From the NCBI RefSeq assembly GCF_000142905.1, contig NW_013657628.1, forward strand, positions 236,267-300,266: a DNA stretch of 64,000 nt, given 5' to 3'. The translations under genes and the position numbers were made by a program. Source of the stretch: Thecamonas trahens ATCC 50062. Lineage: Eukaryota > Protista > Apusomonadida. The first letter of the stretch is position 1, and every line of letters begins with the position of its first letter. Shown here in pieces: positions 21,401 through 31,524 of this stretch. The notes beneath the pieces are model-generated. The model did no database searches and was not told the origin of the DNA. It saw nothing but the letters and a program-made list of their open reading frames with translations.

Positions 21401-23141
21401 GCTCGAGGGCGCAGAGCAGGTGCTCAAAGCCCAAGTCCATAAGCTCCGACCTGAGCCGGACGCGGAGATTGATGTCGCCTGGCTGGTTGATGAGCGCGTT
21501 GACGAGGCCGAGCGCAGCCGAGGCGAGCGCGAGCTCGCTAGTCCGCGAGGCAGAGGCGGGCGCGACGGTAGCGGCATCGCGTCTGAGCTGCCAGCGGGCG
21601 AGAGCGCCGTCGTCAACGCTGTCGATAGAGGCAAGCGCTTTGGGGACGCCGAGCATGCCGACAACAGCAACGAGCTGGGCAACAAGAATGCGAAACCGCG
21701 GCTCCTCCTCTATGACGGCACGGGCAGAAAAGGCGGAGAGGACCGAGGCATGGGCATGAGCTGCAGGCACGACGGTGACCATCATCAGCAGGTTGAGAAG
21801 CATGAATCGGAGGTCGGACGACGGCAGCGAGAGCGCGGTGACCAGCTGCTCCAGGTTCTCGGGCGGGTGCTCGGCGTGGAGATCGCCGACCAGGGCGTCG
21901 ACGGCCTCGCTCGAGGTCCGGACCAGGGTGGAGAGGATGGTGACAATGTGGATGAGGATGCAGCTGGTGGGAGTGGCGGAAAACTCAAAGTTGTCGACGA
22001 CCCGGGAAAAGAGGAGCACAAGCGTCTCGACGCCCGAGAGGTCGACAAGGAGCCAGCGAAAGTGGGCAGCGACGTCCGGGACGACGAGCGCGTCGGAGAA
22101 GACATCGTCTGACGGCGCCGGGCCTGAAACCAGCACGCGCTCGTCGCCTTCGACGGCCTTGCGAAGAGCCTCAACCCGGCGGAGGAGGGCTGTGGCCTGG
22201 CTCGGGCGCGGCTTGTCGCTCAGAAAGTCGAGAAATGTGCGGATGGAGACCTCGTCTGCGGCAAGGGTGATCGGGCGCTCGCGGCCGACGACAGAGCCCG
22301 AGCTTAGCGCAGGGTCTGCGGCGGGGCCAAGGCGCGAGACCGAGGCCATCGACAGCTCGGCCGCAGCGGAGCTCTCGGCCTCTGTGCCAAACAGCAGGCC
22401 GGAGAAAGCAGACGAGATGGATGAGGCAACGCTCTTGAACGACTGGGAAATGCTCGACTTGGGCACGGTGCTCAGCGGCGGCCTACGGAGCTTGGACGGT
22501 GAGCCCTGGACAGTACCCGCATCATCAACATACCTACTCTTCCCTCCAAGCGGGGCAACAGCCGTAGTCTGCGACGACGTCCGATTGACGAGATTGCGCG
22601 AGGAGGCAGGAGCATGGAGAAGTCCTTGGTCGATCTCGCTCTCGCCTTGGATGACACTCGGTGTGTGTGCTCCGTCGATGAGCTCAAAGTCTGATCCGAC
22701 TCGAGAGGCAAACTCGATGGACCAAGTCTGATCACGAAAGGTGAGACCATCGAGAGCCTGACGAACCGCGGCGGCGGCGTCGGCCGTCCTCATTGTAACC
22801 TTCAGAACAGGATGGTTATAGTGTCTACTTTCGATTTCTCCATACCTAGAGATAACCTACATTCACAAGTATGACATATGTAAGTTGTAGACATATAATG
22901 GTAACCATGCCATGTGTAGCCCCTGTGGAAGGGACGCCCAACTCCGGCACGTGTGGCTGTCGCTTCGATGAACACGACCTTTCCGAGACAGTGTGCCCCC
23001 CTCCATCCCCCCACCCATACTCAAAAAATACAAGATGAACACAAACAAAGAGCATACCCTTGCTATCCTAGAGTCCATGCCCTCGGACATGACAGACTCG
23101 AGCGACACTCCTGTGATCAGTAGCGTGCGGAGCGACGACAT
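18406..23141 (-). CDS. Formin (RRM-like N-terminus, armadillo GBD/FH3-like region, poly-Pro FH1, FH2); frame broken as assembled by a 581-bp duplication
   Basis: FH1 poly-Pro near 19970-20080; FH2 motifs SVWS, NVEINLRKL, RVPHWRQRL, NVLNG, AAGFRLGSL..VCETRS, TLLEFV. Exon 1 is 23141..23058 with donor GTATGC; acceptor CTGAAG precedes 22799. Removing the duplication restores one frame from 22793 to 18406 (3807 nt). Confidence 0.88.
20445..21584. repeat. Tandem direct duplication: 559-bp copies at 20445-21003 and 21026-21584 with a 22-bp spacer
   Basis: The only difference I saw is C20808 vs T21389. The period of 581 is not a multiple of 3. Confidence 0.95.
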
Positions 23142-23349
23142 GACCCTCGGGAGGCACAGTGAGCGAGAGCGCGTTGAGTGGCAGCGGCCGTGACGGCTCG
23201 GTTGCCGCCAACCTGTTCCCGGCTAGCTACGTGGGTGGGTCTCGACGATGACCGGGGGGGGGGCACAGATCGGCTGTGATAAGCCCATGCATGTATTAAG
23301 GAGTGTGGATGGCATGGGTGAGGGTGTTTGGGTGCGGGTGTTGTGGCCT

Positions 23350-23532
23350 GTGGCCGATGTGTGTGTTGGCGCCAACTGTGATCAGGCCTGATATGGGAGC
23401 CATGAGGGTAGGTCGGCCGGGAAAGGGCGAAGATCTAAAGGTAACTACATGCATATGTATCATGCAGCATGGGTGAGGGCGTGTGGTGTGCTGCAGGTGG
23501 CCGATGTGTGTGTTGGCGCCAACTGTGATCAG
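23350..23532. promoter_or_regulatory. Duplicated 36-bp element containing palindrome GTTGGCGCCAAC in the divergent intergenic region
   Basis: GTGGCCGATGTGTGTGTTGGCGCCAACTGTGATCAG occurs at 23350-23385 and 23497-23532. The repeat is certain; the regulatory role is inferred. Confidence 0.45.
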
Positions 23533-23567
23533 TTGCCCCCCCCCCCCCCCCCTCCCCGAGTCCAGGC

Positions 23568-26500
23568 ATGGACAAGCCCACCACAGCTGGAACAGAGACA
23601 GAGACGAGAAGACAAGCCACCCGACTCTGGCGGTGTATGTCCTCTGCAAAGCCACCACGTCCGTCTTCTGCTTTGGCCTCGTCTACCTCGGTACGGGAGA
23701 TTGCCCCTTGCACTTGCCCCTCCCACTTGCCCAGCGTGGCAACGGAGAGGTGCCGGCAAGAGGGCGGGCGGGAGGGAGGCAGTTGGCAGGGTGCTGGGGA
23801 TGGCGATGCAGGGGAGTGGGGGGGGGGGGGGGGGGGGGAGGTGGGGGGGACANNNNNNNNNNNNNNNNNNNNNNNNNNNNNNNNNNNNNNNNNNNNNNNN
23901 NNNNNNNNNNNNNNNNNNNNNNNNNNNNNNNNNNNNNNNNNNNNNNNNNNNNNNNNNNNNNNNNNNNNNNNNNNNNNNNNNNNNNNNNNNNNNNNNNNNN
24001 NNNNNNNNNNNNNNNNNNNNNNNNNNNNNNNNNNNNNNNNNNNNNNNNNNNNNNNNNNNNNNNNNNNNNNNNNNNNNNNNNNNNNNNNNNNNNNNNNNNN
24101 NNNNNNNNNNNNNNNNNNNNNNNNNNNNNNNNNNNNNNNNNNNNNNNNNNNNNNNNNNNNNNNNNNNNNNNNNNNNNNNNNNNNNNNNNNNNNNNNNNNN
24201 NNNNNNNNNNNNNNNNNNNNNNNNNNNNNNNNNNNNNNNNNNNNNNNNNNNNNNNNNNNNNNNNNNNNNNNNNNNNNNNNNNNNNNNNNNNNNNNNNNNN
24301 NNNNNNNNNNNNNNNNNNNNNNNNNNNNNNNNNNNNNNNNNNNNNNNNTGCTACAATGCGGGAGGGGGGGGAGATGGGATGGGCATGGTTGACTTACTGT
24401 GCTGGTGATGGTGGGTGTGATGGTGATTGTGGTTGTGGTTGTGGCTGTGGTGCTGGTGCTGATGGTGATGGTGCTGGTGATGGTGGTGATGGTGATGGTG
24501 ATGGTGCTGGTGATGGTGGTTATGGTTGTGGTTGTGGCTGTGGTGCTGGTGCGCGTGATGTTGCTGGTGGTTCTCGTCGTCATCGTGATCGCGGTCATCG
24601 TGTTCGGTTGTGCTCGTGATTCTGGTCGTGATCACGGTCATTGTGGTCGGCTTGGTCATTTGTGGCGTTGATACTCGCAACTCAACACGCCCTCGCTCTT
24701 GCGATCGTCGGCCAACCTGCCACAGCGCGAGGTCGGCAACCTCGTGCAGCACATGCTGGGCACGCCACTGTCGCGCGGCCCTCCTCTTGCCTCTTCCCCG
24801 GCTCCTCGGCTTGACTCGTCTACCGTCCCTCTGTATCCCTTCGCCTCGCCACTCCTCCCGCCGCTGCCCGAGAACCCACCGGGTGCGGCGCCCGAGCCAC
24901 TCATGCTCTCCGCGCTGCGCTCGTCAATGGCCGGCTCGCAGCCGCTTTCAGGTGAGTCGGAACTCGAGCAGTTGCGTGCAGACAACAACGCACTGCTGGA
25001 GACTGTCCAGGAGCTGGCAGTTCAGATTCCGGAGCAAAAGCGGCTGTATCACGAGAAGATTGAGCGCGGCGAACAGCGGGTTGCCGGTCTGCTCGCCGAC
25101 CTTCGGGCTGCCGAGCAGGACGCTACTGCCGCCCGCGCTGACGCCGAGGCGTGGCGCACGCGCGCGTCACAGCTCGAGGCTGAGGCCTCAGCAGCGCGCA
25201 ACGCCTCGCACAAGGCCTCCACCGATGCTTACTCGGAGGCAAATGCATTGCGAATCCGTATTGGCGAGCTCGAATCGCGGCTGGAGGTCACCGAGTCGCG
25301 TGCTGCTCTTGCATCTTCGCTGCAAGCCCAGCTTGACTCGGTCCAACGCGATGCTGCCAACGCCGCCGCTGCCGCGGAGACTCGGCACCAGACCCAACTC
25401 GAGAGCATGCGCCGCGAGCGCGACGACCTCGCCCGCGAGCTTCAGGCGGCGCGCGATCAGGCAAATGCGACCACTCGTGATGCCGACGCGCTGCGCACTC
25501 AGCTTGCTGTTGCTGACAAGGCCCACCAGGAAGCGCTGCATCGGGTCCGCCATGAGCTGGACGAGGCGACCCGGACAGTCGTCAGCCTCTCGTCTCAGGT
25601 CGGCGACCTCGACTCGGAGCTGCAGAGCGAGGTCGATGCCGAGCGCGCCGCCCGCATCGCTGCCGATCAGCGCGCGGCGTCGCTGGAGGCGACCAACGAG
25701 ACGCTCCGCTCCGAGTTTGTTGTCCTCCGCAACCATCTGCAGGCGCTCCAAGCCGATACCGCCGCCGCCGTTGCTGCGCGGCAGCAGCTGCAGGAGGCAC
25801 AGGCACAGGCTCGTGCCGCCGAGGATGCGCTCAACACCCAAAGAGTCACGCTTGCAGCACTCGACGCCGAGCATCGCAACTGCCGCTCGACCCACGGCCA
25901 ACTGCAAGCCGCACTCCAAGCCGAGCGGTCGCGGGCGAACCAAATCGAGGCTGCCCTCGAGGCTGAGCGAGCCCGCGCCTCGAAGCTCTCGGCCAACTCG
26001 CTGGCGGCTACACCGCGGCGCTCAAGTAGCGGCTCACCGCGAGTTGCGCCTGGCTCGCCGTATCTCTCGCGAGCGGCGTATCAGGCCCGCGAGGCTGAGT
26101 GGCAGCGATCACTGGCAGCGGTCAAGGACGAGCTAGAGGAGGTCCGTGCCCAGCTGGCCCAGCATGGCGCGTCGGCAAGTGTGGGTCCGGCGGCGGCACG
26201 CGGCACGCCCGCCAAGGCCTCGGCCGAGCTGTCTGAGGCATATCAGGCACTTCGAGAAGAGCACGCCGCGCTTCGTCAGGAGATGATGATGATGCAGCTG
26301 CAGAGCTCAGGCGGTTCCCCTGAGAACGAAAAGGCTCTCCGCGACCAGATTGTGCGGATGGAGAACCAGACCCAAGAATTGCTCGCCGAGCTTGACGCGG
26401 CGCGAGAGGATGCTGCAAAGGCCAGGGCGGCAGCAGTTGCTGCTACCAGCGAGGCCGGTGGCTCAGTCCAGGCCGCCCAGGCGCTCGAGGACGAGCTCAC

Positions 26501-28769
26501 TGGTTTGCGGAATGAGGCCGCGGCCGCGGTCGCCCAGGCCGAGGCCGCCGAGGCCGCCCAGGCAACCGCCGCCGGCGCTGCTGCAGCCGCACAAGCCCAG
26601 GTCGCCACCATGGCAGACGAGGTGGCGGCGCTGCAGACTGCGCTCGAGAGCGAGACCCGCGCACGAAGCGAGGCCGAGGCCGCCATGGAAGCACACCAGG
26701 CGTCGGCGGACGATATGGAGCGGGCTCGCGCCAGCTGGCATGAGACGACCCGGCAACTACAGGACCAGATCGTGCAGCTCTCGGCAGAGAGCGCTGAAGC
26801 GGTGAGCCGGGCCGAGTCGCTGGCGGTTCAGCTAGAGACGCTTCGTGGAACGCTCAGTCTGGTGAAGGAGGAGAAGGAGCAGGCGCTCCAGGACAAGATG
26901 GCGTTGGGGCGCAAGGTGGGCCGGCTGGTGCGTGGAGCACAGGCGCTGCGTGACGAGCTCAAGGCTGCACGCGATGAGGCCCGACATGCGCAGACGGCGT
27001 TTGGCGCAGAGCGGGCAACGTTTGAGACGACGCTGGCAGCAGCCGAGCGGATGCGCGATCAGGCCCAGGCTGCACTGCAGGCGTCCGAGGCATCGTCGGC
27101 GTCGCTCTCGGCCAAAGCTCGTGCTCTCCAGGAGCGGGTCACCGACCTAGAGGCCGCACTGCTGGCGGCCGAGGAGGCGACAGCCTCGACCCGGCTCGCT
27201 GAGGGGCGGGACAAGGCGTCGCTGAAGAACAGCATCGCGAGGCTGGAGATCGAGCTCGGTGACGCACGCGAGCAGCTGGACGCGTTCCAGGCCCGGGTGC
27301 AGGAGCTGAGCAACGAGCTTGGTGCTGTGCGGAGCGCCAACAAGGAGCTGCATGCTGCGATGGGCCAAGCGCATGCCGCAGCCGAGGCGGCTCAGGCCGA
27401 GGTGCAAGTCCAGAGCGCCGAGGCGAGCGCTGCTGTGTCGTCGCGCGATGCCGCTTTGGCCAAGTGCGAGGACACAGCAAAGGCACTGGCGCTTGCGCGC
27501 GAGGAGGGAGCGGCGATTCAGGTCGAGGCAGCGCAGCTGAGGGCACAGGCTGATGCCGCTGAGCGAGCCAATGCGCGAGTGACCGAGCTGCAAGCAGCGC
27601 TGGCTGCAGAGCGCGAGGCGGCCTCCAGTGCGGTGGCACAGCTCCGCGATGAGCTGCAGGCACTCTACTCGGATGCGCAGGGGAAGCTGCATGCCGAAGG
27701 CGCGGCACGAGCGCAGCTGCAGGCCGAAAACGAGAACTTGAGCTCGATGCTTGCGGCGTATCAGGCCAAATGCATTTCGCTGACCCAGGCGTCGCAGCTT
27801 CAGGCCGCGATCCGCAGTGGTGGCGGTAGCGGTACCTCTGGCGGTAGTGGTGGACGGTCGTCGTCAGTTCCACCCGGGTCCGCAGCGTCTGACCGGGTTG
27901 CCGAGCTTGAGGGCTATGTTCGCGAGCTGGCGTCACGGCTTCTTACACGCGAGCAGCAGTTTGTGGAGCTGCAGGCCGCGCATCGCGGCACCGCGCCGTT
28001 GGAGGAGGCGCTGGCTGCGGCCGAGGCCCGTGCCGAGGCTGCGGCCGAGCGGCTAGAGGCTGAGGTGCAGGACAAGGCTGAGCTCGAGGCCGAGCTTGAG
28101 CGGCTGTTTGAGACGACGACGTCGCTGGAAGATTTGCTTCACGAGGCATCGCGGGTGCAAGCCGAGCAAGAGCAGCAGCTGGAGGCGGCCCAGGCGGCTC
28201 GCGCGGCGGTGGAGGCAGCGGCTGGCGAGTCTGCTGACGAAGCTGCGGAGCTGCGGCAAAAGCTGCGCGAGCAGGCGGCAGAGGCCGAGGCGGCAGCGGC
28301 GGCCGAGATTGCCGAGGTGCGTGCCAAGGCCAAGGCCGAGGTGGCGCGACTGGAGGATGAGCTTGTCGAGGCCCGGCGTAAGGCGCGACAGGCGGTTCAA
28401 GCGGTCGAGGATGAACTCGATAGCGCTCGGGCACGGGCGCGGAGTGGGACCCAGAGTGCGATAGAGGCCGCCGAAGCCGAGGCGGCGGCGCTGCGGAGAG
28501 AACTGGCGAGTGCCAAGGCTACCGAGGCGCAGCTGGAGGTGGCTCAAGCGCAAGTGGCAGCGATGCAAAAGGAGCTTGCGGCGGCCAAGAAGCTTGCGAG
28601 CGAGCTCGCCGACGGGCGCGTCGATGGCGAGGCGCTGGCAGCAGCGTTGGCGCAGCGCGATGCGGCAGTGGCGGCGCTCGAGGTTAAGGAGTTTGAGCTC
28701 CACGAGCTGGAAGTTGCGAGGCTGGAACTAAGCGAGAAGCTGGCGGCGGCCGAAGCGGCGGCGACCAAG

Positions 28770-28804
<35 letters not shown>

Positions 28805-29396
28805 AGCAGCGGCGGCCGACAACGTGCCGGACACACCCGAGCCGCGTGCGGGCAACAGCGATCGGGAGCGAGTCGAGAACGAACTCTACGAGACGCTGCT
28901 TTTGCTGGAGGAGACGCGTCGTGAGGCTGAAGCACAGCGGAGTCGGGCCGAGGCGGCCGAGGCGGCTCAGACACTTGTGGCCGATCAGGTTGCGGCGCTG
29001 GAGCGCCAGGTGGCACAGGCCGAGGCGCAGGCGCAGTCTGCCGCCGAGACAGTGGAAGCAGTGCAGGCTGAGGCTGAGCGCGAGGCGCGGGCGCAGGCGC
29101 AGGTGGCAGTGGCGGTGGCGGATGGATGCGATCTGGACGTGGCACGGCACGAGACCCGCGAGCTGCTTGACGACTTTGCCAAGCTCTCGGTGACGGTAGC
29201 GGATCTACAGCGTGCGCTCGAGGATACCCGAGCCGCGCTCGACGCCAAGACGGCAAGAGGGCGAGTGCTCAGCCGGCAAGTGGATGCTTTGGCGCATGCC
29301 CTTGCTGCGATGGAAGCTGAGCACCACGGCAAGGACGCCGTCGATGTCCAGGCCGTCTTTGATTGGCTCGCAACCGTAGTTCCCGAGGAGGAGTAA
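23568..29396 (+). CDS. Large Ala/Glu/Gln-rich coiled-coil protein (~1600 aa); join(23568..23690,24726..29396)
   Basis: Donor GTACGG at 23691; a candidate branch point CTCAAC at 24681 is followed by CACAG ending at 24725; phase 0. Continuous heptad-like sequence. No family recognised. Confidence 0.8.
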
Positions 29397-29686
29397 ACGT
29401 CGCCGCGCAGAGGCAAAAGTTTGAAATTTTTGTGACGTCAACCATTAACGGAACGAGAGATTGAACGATTAATTGGGAGGAGTCACGGGTGGGCGGGGAG
29501 CGGGCGAACGATGAATGAAACGAGAAGATGAACGATTAAATTGCGGTGAGCGGCAAAAGTGCCAACGGCTTTGGGTCTCAAACGGTCGAACGAGCGAGAC
29601 ACGGCGGCGAGAGTGTGGGCGAGGAGGACAAGGGCGAGGGGCGAGGGGGGATAGACAAGGGGCACACTCGACTCTCAGCAACATTC

Positions 29687-31483
29687 ATGTCGCTTGCAGT
29701 GTCTGGGCGGTCACCCGCTCGACGTGGTAGTCATGGATCTGGACGGCGAGGTGATGGACTCGGCGGTGGTGGTGGTCGACTCGGCGGTGGTGGTGGTCGA
29801 CTCGGCGGCGGTGGTGGTGGTGGTGGTGGTGGAAGCGGGACGGGCACGAGGGGCATGGCCAACCACTCGCTGGCAGGTCATCATTCGGGAACGAGGGGGC
29901 AAACGAGTGGCAGTGGCAAACAGCGGATGACAGGCGATGGCAGTGGCATGAGTTTGGGCAAGGGCGGAGGAGGAGAGCCATCGCTGGAAAAGGAGTACAT
30001 CTACAATCTCCAGCAGCAGGTGTACTTTATGGAGATGGAGCTCAAGCTGTTGCGGGAGTCTGGTGCTGTGCCTGGGAGCGGTGGTGGTGGCGGCGGCGGT
30101 GGCGGTGGTCGCTCCATGCTTCCACCCGACATCGAGGCTGCTTCCCGCCCGCTGGATGATACCATCAACTCGCTCAAGGTCAAGTACAAGGCACTGCAGG
30201 ACGAGCACAAGGAGGAGATGGCGGTTGCCAAGGAGACGCAGGAGGAGCTCGAGGCAGCAGCGACCAAGCAGCACTTTAACATCCTGCATCTGCGGGCCGA
30301 GATCGCCGGCCGCGACGCGGAGATTCTGACGGCCAAGGAAAAGTCGACGGCTGCGCTGTCCGAGGCGACGCAGAGGCACATGGACGACGTGAAGACGATC
30401 GAGGGTCTCGGGCGCGAGATTGAGGTGCTGGAGGGAAAGCTAGCGAGCAAGGCCGAGGAGGCGGCCGAGCGGACGTCCGAGGCGTCGGCGGCCAAGCTGG
30501 CCGAGGCGCAGGCGTTGGCTCGGGCCGAGGAGACGGCCAAGCGTGCGGAGAAGGCCGAGCGGCGGTACAACGACCTGCTGGTGACGACCGAGTCGATCCG
30601 GGCGCGGGTGGTGGAGCTTGAGGAGGAGCGCGGGACGTTTGAGGAGCGGATCGAGGCCGAGCACGCAGCGAACAAGGTTGTCTCCGACGCCAAGTGGGAG
30701 GTGGAGCTTGAGCTGAAGAAGGTCAACATTGCGCTCGATCAAGCGCAGCGTGCCAAGGAAAAGGTGGACGCGGATCTGGCGACGGCTGTGGAGGAGACGA
30801 TTGCGGCGCAGAGTGTGATCTCGGACTTGCGGCGCGACAAAGCAGCGCTCGAGCTTGTTGTCCAGCAGGAGCGGGCGACGCGCGACGAGAACAAGATCAA
30901 GCGGATCGAGTTCCAGAACGAGGCCCAAGAGCTGCGGCAACGGATGGCCGACGTCAAGGCTGTGCTTGAGGGCAAGGACGAGGCTATTTCCGGGCTTGAG
31001 AAACAGCTGGAGCGGTCGCAGCTGGCGCACGCCGAGGCACTGGCGGCGATCGAGGAGCTCCAGGCCGATCTCTCGCGGGCACACTCGCACTCTGCCGAGC
31101 TTGCGGACCGCAACGCGGTGCTCAAGCACGACAAGGCCATGCTGCAAAACGAGCTTGCCGAGACCGAGGCGACGCTTGCAGGCGCGTCGTCGGACCTTGC
31201 GGACACCAAGACGTCCAACATCGAGCTCCTTGCCGAGATCGAGCGGCTCAAGTCGGTGGTGGCTGTCTCGGAGGACATCCAAAACCTTAAGATTGAGGAG
31301 TTCCAGAACATGCTCACCTCCAACTCGCGTGTTGCCGACGGCCTTCGCGACCTCATTGGCGACCTGCAGATGATGAAGGATCTCGGGTCGCAGCTCGAGG
31401 CTGCGCGGGCGACGGCGACGTCGCTCTCGTCGGCGTCGCCATCGCGCCCGGCCTCATCGCTTTCGCAGCGCTCCGATGGGTGA
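29687..31483 (+). CDS. Coiled-coil protein (~600 aa) with Gly-rich N-terminus and EYIYNLQQQVYFMEMELKLLR motif
   Basis: First ATG of the 29546..31483 ORF, with coding-like codon use and long heptads. A centriole/flagellar role is a guess. Confidence 0.8.
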   Translation: MSLAVSGRSPARRGSHGSGRRGDGLGGGGGRLGGGGGRLGGGGGGGGGGSGTGTRGMANHSLAGHHSGTRGQTSGSGKQRMTGDGSGMSLGKGGGGEPSLEKEYIYNLQQQVYFMEMELKLLRESGAVPGSGGGGGGGGGGRSMLPPDIEAASRPLDDTINSLKVKYKALQDEHKEEMAVAKETQEELEAAATKQHFNILHLRAEIAGRDAEILTAKEKSTAALSEATQRHMDDVKTIEGLGREIEVLEGKLASKAEEAAERTSEASAAKLAEAQALARAEETAKRAEKAERRYNDLLVTTESIRARVVELEEERGTFEERIEAEHAANKVVSDAKWEVELELKKVNIALDQAQRAKEKVDADLATAVEETIAAQSVISDLRRDKAALELVVQQERATRDENKIKRIEFQNEAQELRQRMADVKAVLEGKDEAISGLEKQLERSQLAHAEALAAIEELQADLSRAHSHSAELADRNAVLKHDKAMLQNELAETEATLAGASSDLADTKTSNIELLAEIERLKSVVAVSEDIQNLKIEEFQNMLTSNSRVADGLRDLIGDLQMMKDLGSQLEAARATATSLSSASPSRPASSLSQRSDG

Positions 31484-31524
31484 GGAGGGCAGTCGCTCAC
31501 GGTAAAGACCAGCTTTATCTCAGG

